Source: Mobula birostris (lineage: Eukaryota). Taken from it: DNA of 64,000 bases. Below are positions 25,701 through 40,700 of the stretch, piece after piece. Below the pieces are notes generated by a model that was not told where the DNA came from, made no database searches, and saw only the letters and a list, made by a program, of their open reading frames with translations. The number at the start of each line of letters is the position of its first letter. The first letter of the stretch is position 1. The DNA is taken from assembly GCF_030028105.1 (NCBI RefSeq), contig NC_092374.1, positions 178,770,057 to 178,834,056 of the forward strand, read 5' to 3'. Both the position numbers and the translations under genes were made by a program.

Positions 25701-28700
25701 TCCTCACCAATTTTTAATTGATGCACCATATCTGGATACATCACAGCTTGTTTTGGCAATTGGCTACCCAAGACCACAAGAAACTGCAAAAGTTGTGAAT
25801 AGAGCCCAGCCTCAATTCCATTGACTCTGCCACACTTTTCGCTGCCTCAGGAAAGTGGGCAACATAAGCAAGGACCCATCCCCCACCAGTCAGTTTTCTC
25901 TTCTCCACCCCCCCCCGACCCAAGATATTTTCTGTTATCCCTCCTCCCACTGAGCAGAAGATATAAAAGCCTGAAAGCATATGTGACCAGGATCAAGAAT
26001 AGCTTCTATCAGATCCCTGAAAAGTAGTCCTCTTTTATGCTTGCAGACGAAATCTCGACCTCGCAATCTACATCAACGTTGCCGTTGCATCGTATTGGCT
26101 ATCTGCACTGCACTTTCTATGTTACTGTAACTCTATATTCAACATTGTTTTCTTTTAACTACCTTGATGTGCTTATGTATAGAATGATCTTTCTGAAGGG
26201 CACACAAACTGAGTGGTTTTCACTATATTTTGGTACATGTACTGGGAATCAGAGGGGGAACTTCTTCACTCTGAGGATGGGGCGAATGTGGAACGAGCTG
26301 CGAGTGGAAGTGTTAGATGGACGTTCAATTGTAACATGTGAGAGAAATTTAGATAGGTATATGGATGGATGAATATGGAAGGCCATGATCTGGGGGGTGC
26401 AGGTAGATAGGACTAGGCAGAAGAGTAGGCTGGCATGGACAAGCAGGGCTGAATGGCCTGTTTCTGCCCTGTAATGCTCTATGATTCTACATGACAATAA
26501 TAAACCAATACAAATACTGATATCTTACACCCACACACCCCACAATACCTTCTCCACCCTTTCACCCCATGATTTACTCATTACTCATCCATGTCTTACC
26601 CCAGGTGAAATCCACTCCTTTCGGCCTGCTGCTGTGCTGCACATGACAGACATGTTGCCGTCTCTCCGTAGGCTCTAACAGCAAGGACACCTTTATCTGG
26701 TAGGTGTTGTCATGGTTGGGTAAAATGCTAGAGTTTGCATGTGGGGGAAGAGGTTGGCCATCCCTAAACCAGGTCACAGTGATGGCCTGTGGGTAAAAGC
26801 CAGTGGCCAGGCAATGGAGAATGAGGCCTTCCCCATCTGGAGTCATCTTGGAGTAGACCATCACATCTGGGACAGCTGTGGGAGAAGACAGTTAGTGTTA
26901 GAGATACACAGCTTGCAGACAGGTCCTTTGGCCCGATGTACTGTAAGCGCTGAGTGAGTGTGAGTGTGAGAGTGTGGAGCATGAGTGTGAGAGTGTGGGA
27001 GCGTGGGAGTGTGAGAGTGTGGGAGTGTAGGAGTATGAGTGTGGGAGTGTGTGAGTGTGTGTGCGTGGGAGTGTGCACGTGCGGGAGAGTGGGAGAGGGA
27101 GGGGGAGGGGAAAACAATGCCAGAGACGGAGTGGGCATGATAGGGAGCAATCAAGAGAGGGCAAGAAAGCAATCGAGTGAGAGGGGGCGAGGTGATCAAG
27201 AAAGGGAGTGATTGAGAGTGAGAGATTGATAGAGAGCATTGGAAAGACAGGGAGCGCATTAAAGAGTGGTAGAGAGAGAAAGAGCATTGGAAAGACAGGG
27301 AGAGCATTAAAGAGTGGTAGAGAGAGAAAGCGACCACAAAAGAGAGAGAACGCAAGTGATACAGAGTGTGAGCAAGCAATTGAGAGGGAGAGAGAAAGCA
27401 ATAGAGAGCGAGTGATTGAGAGGGAGCGAGAGAGACAGACGGGAACAGAGCTGACAAGAGCCGCTGCCTCACTGCTCCAAAGAACTAGTTTGCTCCTGAC
27501 CTCCAGCACTGTGTTTATGGAGTTTGCATGTGCTCACTGTGACTGTGTGGGTTTGGGGAATTTTCTTGGTTGCTCTGGTTTTCTCCTACATCCCAAAGTC
27601 ATGCATACTGGTGGGAAAGTCATCTATATTATCCACTGTGAATTGCCCTCAGTAATTACACGAGCGATAGAATCAGGATTGTGGTGAAGGATGGAGATAA
27701 TTGATAGGAACATGGGGAGAATAAAATAGCTTTTCTATACTCAATGGTCAATTTATCAGGTAAAGAAGTGTTCCTAATAAAGTGTCCATAGGAGTGGAAC
27801 CCAGTGGGGTCTTCTGCTGCTGCAGTTTGTCCATTTCTAACTTTGATGTGCTGTGCATTCAGGATGCTGTTCTGCACGCTAAGTCCTAACATGCAGATAT
27901 TTGAGTTACTGACACCTTCTCGTCAGCTTTAACCAGTTGGGCCATTCTCCTCTCTTATTAACGAGGTGTGTTTGCCCACAGAACTGCTTCTCACTGGAAT
28001 TAGTTTTTTTGTTTTTTTGCATGATTCTCAGTAAATTCTAGAGACTGTTGTGCATGAATATCCTAGGAGATGAGCACCTCATCTGGCACCAACAATCATT
28101 CCATGGTCAAAGTTACTTAGATCACATTTATTTCGCATTCTGATATTTGGTCTGAACAACAATTAAATGTTTTGACCATGTCTCTATGCTTTTATGTATT
28201 GAGTTCCTGCCACATGATTGGCTGATTAGATGTTTGTATTAACAAGTAGGTGTACCTGTTCAAGTATACTCCAGCCAAGGTTATGAGGCCTGGTCCCACG
28301 GGCAGGTTTTCACCAATGACTGGCTAGATTACAGGCAACACAGTCACTGCCTAAGCAAAAGCTGCCAAATATTTACTGATAGGTTCAGCAACCAACAGCA
28401 CCACTTGTTGTAATGTGCATGATCTTACAATATATTGTGAAATGGTGCTATAACCAGACATAAACCACTAACTAATATGACGATATAGCAAATGCTGTGT
28501 GCCCAGATGACACTTCAACAGCAGTACTGAAGACCTGCGTCTCCAGAACTTGTCGTGTCCTTGGCCAAGTTGTTCCAGTCCAGCTAACATCACTGGTATC
28601 TACCCAACAATACGACTGTAAGACCATAAGACATATTAGCAGAATTAGCCTATTGAGTCCGCTCCACCATTCCATCATGGCTGATTTATTACCCCCATTC

Positions 28701-31700
28701 TCTTACTGTCTCGCTATAACCTTTGAAACCCTTACTAATCAAGAACCAGCAGCACTTTAAGTATACCGAATGTCTTGGCTATACATCTGTTGCGGCAATG
28801 AATTCCTCAAAAGAAGTTCCTCCTCATCCTTCTTCTAATCTGGAGGTGCATCCTTGTATTCTGAGTCTGTGCCCTCTGGCCCTGGACTTGCCCACTATAG
28901 GAAACATCTTTCCACGTCCTCTCTATCTGGGCCTTTCAATATTAGACAGGTTTCAATGAGATTTCCCCTCATTCTTCGAAACTCAGTGAGAACATACCCA
29001 GAGCCGCCAAACAATATGGATCATTCCCCAGGAGCCTCCTGTTCTCCAAAGCAGGGCCAAACAAAGCCAACCACTTACTACTCCATTAGTCCACTCTTGA
29101 TCATCAACAAAGCGATGGAAAGGATACAAACAGTGCTGTAGTTGGAAAGGAGACACCAACCAATACAGTTACAAATGGATCTCATAAGATCTGCCAATGG
29201 TGACCACTCACCAGATCTCACTGTTGCTCAACTTGATTGTTAGACCAAGATTTACGCCACCAAGTAACAAAAAAATTGCAGTCCATGGAAAAAGAGCGTA
29301 ACTAATTGGATATCTCACTCATAGAGCCAGCACAGGCATGTTGGGCTGAATGGCCTGCTTCTTTGCAGTAGGGATTTATGAATAATTTATTGCATGCTTA
29401 ATAATAACTTACATCAAAGTTGGCCAATAGGAAAGCACTTGTAATGATTGAAGATAGATCTTATTTTGTGAACTACACCACCTAATACTTTCCAAGCAGC
29501 ATGTATTCAGAATCATACTTGTAGAACAGTACAGTACGGGATCAGGTCCTTTGGCCAACAATATCTGCACTGAATATAAGATCCACATCCCGACGTTCCC
29601 TGCATATTCATTTCTCTCACGGTCTTTTAAACACCAGACCTTTATCTGCTTCCACCACTGGCAGCCCGTTCCAGGCATCTACTACCATCTTTGTAAAAAG
29701 ACATTTTCCATACACTGTCCTGTGCCCTTTACCCCTCTCACCTTAAATACCTCAAAGTCAAAGTTGAAGTTGAGTTTACTGTCATGTAGACAAGGACATG
29801 TATGCACCGGTGCATTGAGAAGCTTCCATGCAGCAGGCACATGGCATCAGATAGGCATGCCCGGGGATAAGATGTCTGTGGTAATTTTAGAAACTTCGGT
29901 CAGGTCTCCCTTCAGCCTTTGATAATCCAGAGAAAACAGCCCTAGTTTATCCAAACCCTTCTTATAGCTCTTGTACTCCAATCCGACAGTGTCCTGGTGA
30001 ACCTGTTCTGCACCCTCTCCAAAGCCTCCACAACTCTCTTGTAATTTACTCACAGAATAAATGAACACTGATGACGTGTCATAGACACTCCCTTGTTTCT
30101 AGAGCTGTGGATCTCCAATCAGGTCTGGCAGTGCATTCAGAATCAGGTTTTATATCACTGGCATATATGTTGTGGAATTTGTCATTGTGGCAGCAGTTCA
30201 ATGCAATATATAGTAAACACAAACTATAAATTACAATAATAAATATATATAAAAAGTTAGATTAAATAAGTGGTCAAAAAGAGAGCCAAAAAAAGGGGAG
30301 AAATATAATAAGAGAGTGTACATGGGTCATTGTCCATTCAGAAATCTGATGGCAGAGGGGAAGAATCTGTTCCTGAAACATTTAAGTGTGTGTCTTCAGG
30401 CTGCTGTACTGCCTCCACGATAGTAGCAATGAGAAGAGGGCATGTCCTGGGTGATGGGGTCCTTTTTGATAGATGCCAGCTTTTTGAGGCATTGTGCTTT
30501 GAAGATGTCCTTGATGCTGGGGAGGCTAGTGCCCCTGCTGGAGCTGGCTCGATTTGCAACTTGCTGCGGCTTTTGCTGATCCTGTGCAATGGCACCACCA
30601 TATCAGACAGTGATGCAACCAGAGGCTGAATGTGTACCGCTACCAGGATGACAGCAGAAAACACCCTCATAAATAAAGCGTACAAAATTTGACCACTAGA
30701 TGTTCCATGTTGGGTGAGCAGGTTTGAGACGAGACTGCCATGTTTGTGCAGCACAATGAAAAGTCTCAGCTATTCTGTCCTTGTGGTGAATAGTGAAGCC
30801 CACAGGTAGGATGAACCATACTTCCATGAAGCAAAGTACACAGAAGACCCTGATGTCCCTCTGGTACTGCAATTTTGCTGTGAGGTCTTCATTTTATTTT
30901 CTAGAGACCATACATTCACCAGTAGGATAGGTGGAAGTAGGAGTCTAAGGGCTCCATATTTTAATCATACCTGCAGACCAGCACACCTTCCTGTTTTAAG
31001 AACAGGTTCATTCCCCCTGCCATCAGATTGCTGAAAAGTTCATGAACGAATGAACATCTCACTAATTGTCTTTTTGCTCTGTTTATTCAGTTCATTCCTC
31101 ATGTATAATAACTTTTTATGTGTCCCACTGCACTGCTGTAACAAAACAACAAATTACACACAGTGGCTACATTATTAGGTACACTTGTACACCTGCTCGT
31201 TAATGCAAAGATCTAATTAGCCAATCATGTGACAGCAAAAGCATGCAGACATGGTCAAGAGGTTCAGTTGTTCAGACAAAACATCGTAACGGGAAAGAAA
31301 TGATCTTAGTGACTGTGACTGGAATTGTTGGTGCCACATGGTGTGGTTTGGGTGGTATCACATTTAACTCTTTCCTTACACTAATTAAGTGGCCACCTAG
31401 TGTATAACAGCGATAATGAACCCGATCCTAATTCTGATCCTAAAAAACAAAGTCCTGCTGCATTTCCTCATGACTCGAGCTATTGGTTCCAGTTCAAACT
31501 AACACCATGGAATTAGTGGGGGCAACGTGAAACGTGCGGGAGGACGTGGCTGGCAGGGAACTGATCAGATGTTGAATGGCAGATGTTTAGCCTGACCTAC
31601 CTTTGCGAGACAGTGTCTGGGCTCCGTACTCAAGATATTTCTTGAGCCACTCGACACAGATGTTCTCTGTGTAATGCTTTTTGTAGAGATTGTTGCTGTT

Positions 31701-34700
31701 GTCACTGTTCCACTTGTCCTTCGTGGTGATCGCGATGGGAGAGGTGGTGACCCAGGTGGCATGCTCAAGGTCAAAGCTGATTAGGTCTTGGCCATTGAAG
31801 GCGAACTGGCGGACCCCGCTCACCGTTTGGTCGTCATTCAGCTGGCAGCTTGATGTGTACTGCAGGTAGTTCAGCCCTGGAGAAGGAGGAGAAATCAAAA
31901 TCTGGCCTCAGGTCACACCTGCATCTCGTACGATAATGTGGAACCCAGGGGCATGGATCTCCATTCACCATTGTTCCACATTACACACTCAATGTCCAAT
32001 AACTACTTATTGCACACTCATTACACTTCCACACAGCCATCCACTCACCATTACACTCCCACTCTGCCATCTACTCACCATTACACTCCCACAGCCATCC
32101 ACTCACTGTTACACCATGACATTGCCATATGGCCATATACACATTATTACCAACGTATTACATCCTCACATGGCCATCACTCACCATTACCCACACTTTT
32201 CAATCTCATACAACCATCCACTCCTTATTATATTTTCATATGGCATCCACTCACAACAGTCCCATCCAGCCATTACCCACCCATTACACTTGAATACAGC
32301 CATCTACTCACTTTTACCCACCCTTTAAATACCCAGATTGCAATCACTCATCATTACCCACCTATACACTCCCACACAGCCATCCACTCACTATTACATA
32401 CTCATTACAGTTCTACACACCCATCCACTCACCATTACACACTCATTACACATATACATAGCTATCACTGATCATTATCCACTTATTACCTCCAACACAG
32501 ACGTCAATTCATCACTGCCCTCCCATTAGTCCTAACTTTGCAGTCACAGCCATTCCTCGTTCTGAGTCAGACATCATTCCTATTCATTACATTCCCAACA
32601 TTACCATCTGCTCACCATTACGTAGCCTGGATCGCACACCCATTGTGCCTGTCCACTTACCATTTCCCGCCATTTTCATGTCACTGTCCTCTCTCCAATA
32701 CACCATTGGGTTGCTCTCCCAATATAGTGGTCCGCTCCCATTGAACACTACAGCACAGAAAAACACCCTTTGGCCCACCTAGTCTATGCCAAACTATTGT
32801 TCTGCATAGCCGCATCGACCTGCACCTACACCTGCACCATAGCCCTCCATAACCATGCCATCCAGGTGTTCATCTGAACTTCTCTGATGTTGAAATCAAA
32901 CCTGATCATTCCACATTCGCAGCCACCGATGTTCACCTGAGTACTTCATCTTTCACCTTTAGCCTATGATATCTAGTTCTAGTCTCACCCGACCTCAATG
33001 GAAGAACACTGCTTATATGTACCCGATCTATAATACTCATAATTTTGTATATTTCTATCAAATCTCTGCTCATACTCCTATGGTCCAGGGAATAAAGTCC
33101 TAACCTGCTCAACAGTTCCTTATGACTTAAGTCCTCAAGTCCCGACAACATCCTTATAAGTTTTCTCTGCACTCTTTCAACATTATCAATACCTTACTTG
33201 TAGGTACAGGAGGTGACCAGAACTGCACACAACACCCCAAATTTGACCTCACCAATTTCCTATACAACTTCAAATAACATCCCCACTCCTGTTCCCAATA
33301 CTTGGATTTATGAAATCTAATATGCCAAAATCTCTCTTTATGACCTTATCTACCTGTAACACCACATTCAAGGAATTATGGATACGTATTAACAATCCCT
33401 CTGTACTACCACACTCATTAGTGCCCTACTGTTCACTGTGTACTGTATGTCCTACCCTAGTTCTCTCAAAGTGCAACACCTCGCATTTGTCTACATTAAA
33501 TTTATCTGTCACTTTTCAGCTTTTCCTCCCATCCCTCCACCCGCACCACGGCTGGTCCAAATCCTGCATAAGCTTTGATAGGCTTTCTCACTGTCCATTA
33601 TGCTCCCAATCTTGGGGGTCATCTTTAAATTTGCTGATCCAGTTTAACACATCATCATCCAGATCATTAATAAAGATGAAAATCAATGGATGCAGCACTG
33701 ACCCTTGCAGCACACCTCTAGTCACAGGCCTCCAGTCAGAGAGGCAAACATCTCTGGCTTCTCTAATGAAGCCAATGTCACATCCAATTTACTATCTCAA
33801 CTGAAGTGACTGAACATTTTCAATCAGCCTCACACATGGCTCCTATAAAAACAATGTGGGTCTGCATACAGTGTGAAGCCCATTCACTTTACAAGCATAA
33901 TGATGCACGCACCTGTCATGTTTCTCTTGGTTCGTTGAATTGCTATCTGGAGGTTGGCCATGGACAGCTTGTGCCGATTGATTAGTCTCTGGGTCTCCTT
34001 CGTCCAGTAGTCACCATCCAGTTCTCTCTCCATCCACGGCTGTCTTGAAATGTCCTCCATAATACTGTTGTCAAAGTAGGTTATCTGGACATCATCCAAA
34101 AGTCCAACGTGTACAAACTCAGGAAAATCCACATTTCCGGTCATCGAGGTGTAAAAATATTGCAGTTTGTGTGTCTCTGCCAAATACAAAACAACCACAA
34201 CTTCATAATGAGGTCACATATCATGGCGATTCTCCTTCCTCATCTCCTGCCCCGCTAGTCATCAGTGATGTGCAAAGCTCAAAAAATGAACATATTCAAC
34301 TTAGTGTTTGAAGAAAATCACTAAAACAGACAGATGGAAGGGAAACACGTACAGTTCTGATTATTGCACTACAGGATACATGTGACCACACCGGAGGGGC
34401 GCAAAGAATATGGCGTATTCGGTTTATGAGGAAAGACTGAAGAGACTGTGTTTGTTTTCCTCGAGGCAGAGTAGGTTGAGGAGGGATCCAAAAGAGGTGT
34501 GTCAAATTATGAGACACATAGAGAAGATAATGAGAACCTTTTCCCCATAACAAAGACATCTGAAGTAGACAGCGTAGGCTTAAGGAGAGAGGAAGTTGAG
34601 AGGGAATTGAGGGAAATGTTTTCACCCAGAAGGTGAGGTTCAGGAAGTTATTACCCTCAGACTACCTCAACACTGGACCAATTCCATAACCTACGGACTA

Positions 34701-37700
34701 ACTGTCAAAGACTACATCTAGTTTTCACAGTATTATTTAGTGGAGGAGATGAGAGCCTGCAAGGCGGTGGGAATGAAGCAGCAGGGAGCTTGGACAAGAT
34801 GGGAGAATGCGGTTGCGAGGAAAGTGACCTGGGCTGATCTTTGGAAAGCCGAACCACACTGCATCCAATTTCTCATCCATGCAGTGTACGATGTGCTTCC
34901 AAGCCCATCAAACCTGCACACATGGGGAAAGGCAGAGTCATCTGCGTGGCCACTGTGCTCCAAGCGAGGAACCCTGGAGCACATCCTCAGCGGCTGTGCA
35001 AGCGCACTTGGTGAGGGATGGTACAGGTGGAGGCATGATCAGTTCCTGAAGACCACCGCTGAAGCCGTCAGCGCAGAGGTTGAGTGGGCGAAGAGGTCCC
35101 GACCCTCCAAGCAGACCATTGCCTTTGTCAGAGCTGGGGAGCAGCCAATACCTGCCAAAAGGACATCTGCAGGCATTCTGACTTCTGCAAGGGACTGGCA
35201 GCTGTTGGTGGACCTCGAAGGGCAGCTGAAGTTCCCCAACCATATCGCAGCCACCACCCTGCGACCAGACATTGTCCTAGTGTCTGAGTCTACTAAGCAA
35301 GTGGTACTGCTGGAGCTGACAGTCCCATGGGAAGATAGCTTGGAGGAGGCCTTTGAAAGGAAGCTCTCCAAGTACGCAGGACTGGTCAGCAACTGTCAGC
35401 AGGCTGGATGGAGAGCGAGGTGTCTCCCAGTAGAGGTTGGTTGTAGGGGATTCATAGCATGTTCTTTAGTTAGAGCCTTCAGCATTTTGGGCATCGAGGG
35501 AGAGAGGAAGAGGAGAGCCATCCGCAGTACCACCGATGCAGCAGAGAGGGCCTCAAGATGGCTGTGGCTCAAAAGAGGGGAGCCATGGAGTCATAAGTAG
35601 CTAGCCATCTGGACACAAGCTGGGGTCTGATCAGCCCCGGCTGGGTCACCTGGAGGAGGGTGTATGATGTTGAAAGACCCGAAACACCCGATGATTCCAG
35701 GAACATCACTGAAGATGTGTCCAGAAGCATCAATAGATGTATGTACACAGCTAATTATTATTGTTTGTCTTTTTTTCTTTTGTATTTGTACATTTTGTCT
35801 CTTCTACACATTAGTTGTTTGTCTGTAATTGTATATGTGTAGTTTTTCATTGATTATTGTGTTTCTTTTACTGTGAATGCCTGCAAGGAAGTGAATCTCA
35901 GGGTAGTATATGGTGACATAGTCATGCTTTGATAATAAATTTACTTTGAATTTTTGAACTTTGATTGCAATTTGTAAAACACACTTTGAGGAGCAGATAG
36001 GTAATCTCAGAGACATAAAAGTGTCTGAATTCAGTAGACAACATGCTAGTTCTCATGGGTGGGTGAGAGTGGAGAGTCATCAGCTTCAAATTCCTGGCTG
36101 CCAACATCTCAGTGACGTTTCATGGGCATGGCACATAAATTAAATCATTAAAAAGGTCCATCAACATCTCTGCTTTCTGAGAAACTTAAGATTTGCCATA
36201 GCACCAAAAATGAGAAGAAACTTCTACAGAAGTACTATAAAGTATTCTGACTGGAGGCCTCTTGATTGGTATGGCAATTCCAATGCTAAAGAACACAAGA
36301 TATGGCAGGGAGTAGTGGACATAGCTTGGTCTAAAATGGACACAGCCCTCCCGTCCACTGACAGCATCTACAGGAGGTTCTGCCCCAAGAAGATGGCATC
36401 TATCAGCAGCATCTTTTCAATCTTGGTCATGCCCTCCTCTGGGTTTTGCCACTGGGCAGGAGGTACAGAAGCCTGAAGTCCTACATCATCAGCTTCAGGA
36501 TCAGATACTTTCCTACAACCAAGAGGTCCTTGAACTGACCTGCACGACACCAATCTACCTCAGCAATGGAGCAGTGCAGACCACCTCTAGAACTATCCTG
36601 GTTTTATTGTTGATTGTGTTTTTTTTTTGGAATAATGTCTCCTTTTTGCACATTTTTTCATTTCTATTCACCATCATATAGCTTACATATAACTTACCTG
36701 TATGTACAAATTATATTCTGCAATTGTGAGCCTGTGATGATGCTGCAAGCAAGTTTTTCACTGCATGTGTACCTCGCTGTATTTGTGCACATCACAATAA
36801 ACTTGATTTGAGTTGATTTGAATTGCAAAGGCACAGAAGGCTAAGGACTAAATGCTGGCAAACAGAACTGCTATAGATGAGGACACAACAGTTAGCATGT
36901 TTGTGATGGTCTGAAGGGACTGCTACTGTCCTCCATGAATCTATGACCCTCTCATTTCAAAATTTGCCTGCTTTCTTTTTTTTTGAATATCCCAGATGAT
37001 TCAGCTTCCCCTGCATAGGGAATTCCAGAGATTATCCATTCTCTCTGAGAGTGTCAATTGTGTCAAAATGCTGTTGATTGATGTCAGTACTGTTTTCAAT
37101 ACAATTATTCCCCAGATATTGGTTGGAAAATTGTCCATGTTTGGTCCCACTACTTGCCTCTGTAACTGGACCTTGATGTTTCTGATGAACATAGAACATA
37201 CAGAATAATACAGCACAGTACAGGCCCTTCAGCCCACAATGTTGTGCCGACCCTCAAACCCTGCCTCCCACATAATCCCCCACCTTAAATTCCTCCATAT
37301 ACCTGTCTAGTAGTCACTTAAACTTCACTAGTGTATTTGCCTCCACCACTGACTCAGGCAGTGCATTCCACGCACCAACCACTCTCTGAGTAAAAAAACT
37401 TCCTCTAATATCCCTCTTGAACTTCCCACCCCTTATCTTAAAGCCATGTCCTCTTGTATTGAGCAGTGGTGCCCTGGGGAAGAGGAGCTGGCTATCCACT
37501 CTACCTATTCCTCTTATACCTGCTGGTCTGCACTGCTTCATTCCTCTGAAGAGACCACACACTGCCCCTGTTGGCAGCAATGTCTCTGATCCCATCACAC
37601 ATAGCACTAGCACGCCCCTAGGGCCGTACTTTCAACCTACTGCTGTTCATTACACTAACACACAACTGCGTTGCCAAATCCATTCTAACTGCATCATTAG

Positions 37701-40700
37701 GTTCGCAGACAATGCAAAAGTGGTTGGCCTCATCAACAGCAATGATGAAACAGCAGGAAGGAGGTAGTGCAGCTTGTGGACAGGTGTAAACACAGCAACA
37801 TAAATCTCAATGTTGACAAGACTAAAAGAGATAATGTTCGACTTCAAGAAGATGCAGGCTGACAACTTCATACTACACATAATGGCTTCTTTATGGAGAG
37901 AGTCAGAAGCACCAAGTTTCTTGGAGTGCACATGACTGGCAATCTCCTATCTCCCCACCTTCCCCACATTTCCTCCCACCCTCCCATTTTCACCACCTTC
38001 TACCGGAGCACCAAAAAGAGTGTCCTAATCAGCTGCATTACTGTCTGGTACAGTAACATTATACATTATAATGTCTTACATAAACATGCACATCGCACTT
38101 CATGCCAACCTGTCAGTCTTCACACATGCCACTCAGGGATTGTGCTCATGTTATTTTGCGACTTTATGTGCCGGATTGGACGATCCAGGGGCGGCGTGGT
38201 GGTTAACACAACGTTTTACAGTACCAGCAATCCAAATTCAATTTCCACTGCTGCCTGTAAGGAGTTTGTACGTTCNNNNNNNNNNNNNNNNNNNNNNNNN
38301 NNNNNNNNNNNNNNNNNNNNNNNNNNNNNNNNNNNNNNNNNNNNNNNNNNNNNNNNNNNNNNNNNNNNNNNNNNNNNNNNNNNNNNNNNNNNNNNNNNNN
38401 NNNNNNNNNNNNNNNNNNNNNNNNNNNNNNNNNNNNNNNNNNNNNNNNNNNNNNNNNNNNNNNNNNNNNNNNNNNNNNNNNNNNNNNNNNNNNTCCTGAG
38501 ACTGCCTGGACAGGAATGTGGGAAAATGTGGGCTGACCACCAGGCATCTAGCTAACCGAGTTTTGGATCTTGGACTAGTGTAGATGAATGCTTGATGGTC
38601 AGACTGTTTCTGTAATGTGCGTCTCAATGTGAATAAAGTGGGGTGTAGGGAAAGTGGAAAGCACTTTAATGCCTCTGCATCCACCTTGGCCCTGAGAACA
38701 TTTTCTTTTACTCATCTGCTGGAGAGGCATTATTTATAGGCCCTTCATTACTGCCCCATTGAAGGTGAGGATGAACCATCTTTGTCGATCTGCTGGAGAC
38801 CTTCTGGTGAAAGTTCCACCAATAAGCCATTGGAGTGAGGTGCTGTATGCTAGGACTTAATGTCCAATGAACATTCAGGAGTGGCAATATATTTCCAACT
38901 CTGGATGGCGTGGGGAACCTGCAGGGAGTAGTGTTCCCATGCAAATTAAGCTTTTGACCCTCCTGGTGGTGGTCACAAGTTTTTGGTGAGGAACTGTGAT
39001 GGATTTCATAGATGGTGCAAACTGCAGCTGCCATCCACTCGTAAAGTAAGGAATGAATGTTCAGGGTGGTGGATGGCAGGCTGCTTTGACATCCAGCAAA
39101 GAGAAGAGTACACGTTAGCACTCCTGACGTGTGTAATCTGACTGGATTCATTGTCCGCAGCAGCAGCGAGGCCAGGGGAGAACTGATACAAACCTGCTAC
39201 ACAAATAAAACAGACTGTAGGAAACCAAAGGGCTGAGGTATAAAGAAAAGGTGGGACTGGATTTGGAGAACACAATTTGTATCCAGAGGGTGGTTGGATT
39301 CTGGAATGAACAGCCTGAGGGGTGGTGGACCAGAGACTCTCACAATGTTGAAGCATCTGGATGAGCATTTAAAGCACTAAGGCACAGAAGCTGTAGATGA
39401 AAAGCTAGTAAATGGAGTTATATGCAAAGGTACTCAATAGTCAACAAGTATATGGTGAACTGAAGGCAATTTCTGTGCTATATAATTCCAGAAGCTGTTA
39501 AGGGAGATGGTTTAGAGTCATACAGCACTACAGCACAGAAACAGGCCATTTGGCCTATCCAGTATATGCCAACCTGGTCTTTTGCCTAGGACCATCAAAC
39601 AGCACCCTGACCATAACCATCTATACCTCTCATCGATATACAGTACCAATCCAAGTTTCTCTTTAATGCTACAATCAAAATTGCACATATACCTTCTGCT
39701 GTCAACTTGTTCCATGCCCACAGCACACTCTGAGTGAAGAAATTCCCCCACAAGTTATAGAGTCATAGGTGATTCTTTATTGATGCAATCAGCCATTTCC
39801 CACAGCTTCATACCATGAACACGAGAGCAGCACAATGATTCAGCAAGCAGAGCAGTGCTCCACTTCATAGTTGTACTGTTCTCCTTGCTGAATAATTGTG
39901 CTATTATAAAGTTGCATGCTATTCAGACACAAACAAGAGAAAATCTGCAGATGCTGGAAATCTGAGCAACACACACAAAATGCTGGAGGAACTCAGCAGG
40001 CCAGGCAGCATCTATGAAAAAGAGTACAGTCGAAGTTTTGGCCCGAGACCCTTCAGCTGGACTGGCGAGAAAAAGCTGAGGAGTAGATTTAAAAGGTGGG
40101 CGGGGGGGAGGGAGAAAAACACAAGATGATAGGTGAAAACTGAAGAGTAAAGATCTGGGAAGTTAATTGGTGAAAGAGATGGTGAGCAACAGGAAAACAA
40201 AAAAGGGGAGGAGATCCAGAGTGAGGCGCTGGGTGGGCAAGGAGGTAAGGTGAAGGAGGGAAAAGGGGATGGGGGATGGGGGATGGGGGATGGGGGATGG
40301 GGGATGGGGAAGGGGGGGCATTACTGGAAGGTCGAGAAATTCTGTATATTGGTGACCCGACGTAGATTGGGAGACCGCTTCGCTGAGTACCTGTGCTCTG
40401 TGCGCCAGAGAAAGCAGGATCTCCCAGTGGCCACCCATTTTCATTCCACTTCCCATTCCCATTCCCATAATTCATGATGAGGCTACACTTAGGTTGGAGG
40501 AACAACACCTTATATTCCATCTGCATGGCCTCCAACCTGATGGCATGAACATCGATTTCTCGAACTTCCAGTACTGCCCCGCCTTCACCATTCCCCATCC
40601 TCTTTCTCTTTTCCATCTCTCACCTTATCTGCTTGCCCACCTGTTACCTCCCTCTGGTGCTCCTCCCCCCACCCCCCGCCACCTTTTGTTTCTTCCATGG

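Noticed and set aside
26764-27687. Long ORFs of 128-203 aa on both strands
   Set aside because: Products of GA/GT microsatellite sequence in MHC intron 3.
34200-34730. Leader exon immediately upstream of alpha1
   Set aside because: No ATG-hydrophobic-donor combination was found; the region is largely repeat-derived. The exon at 45590-45641 fits far better.
39143-39193. Possible 51-nt in-frame cassette exon in MHC intron 1 ([17 protein letters not shown])
   Set aside because: The acceptor is plausible but the donor (CCA|gtcaga) is weak, and the better donor at 39129 gives a frameshift; no precedent or other support.
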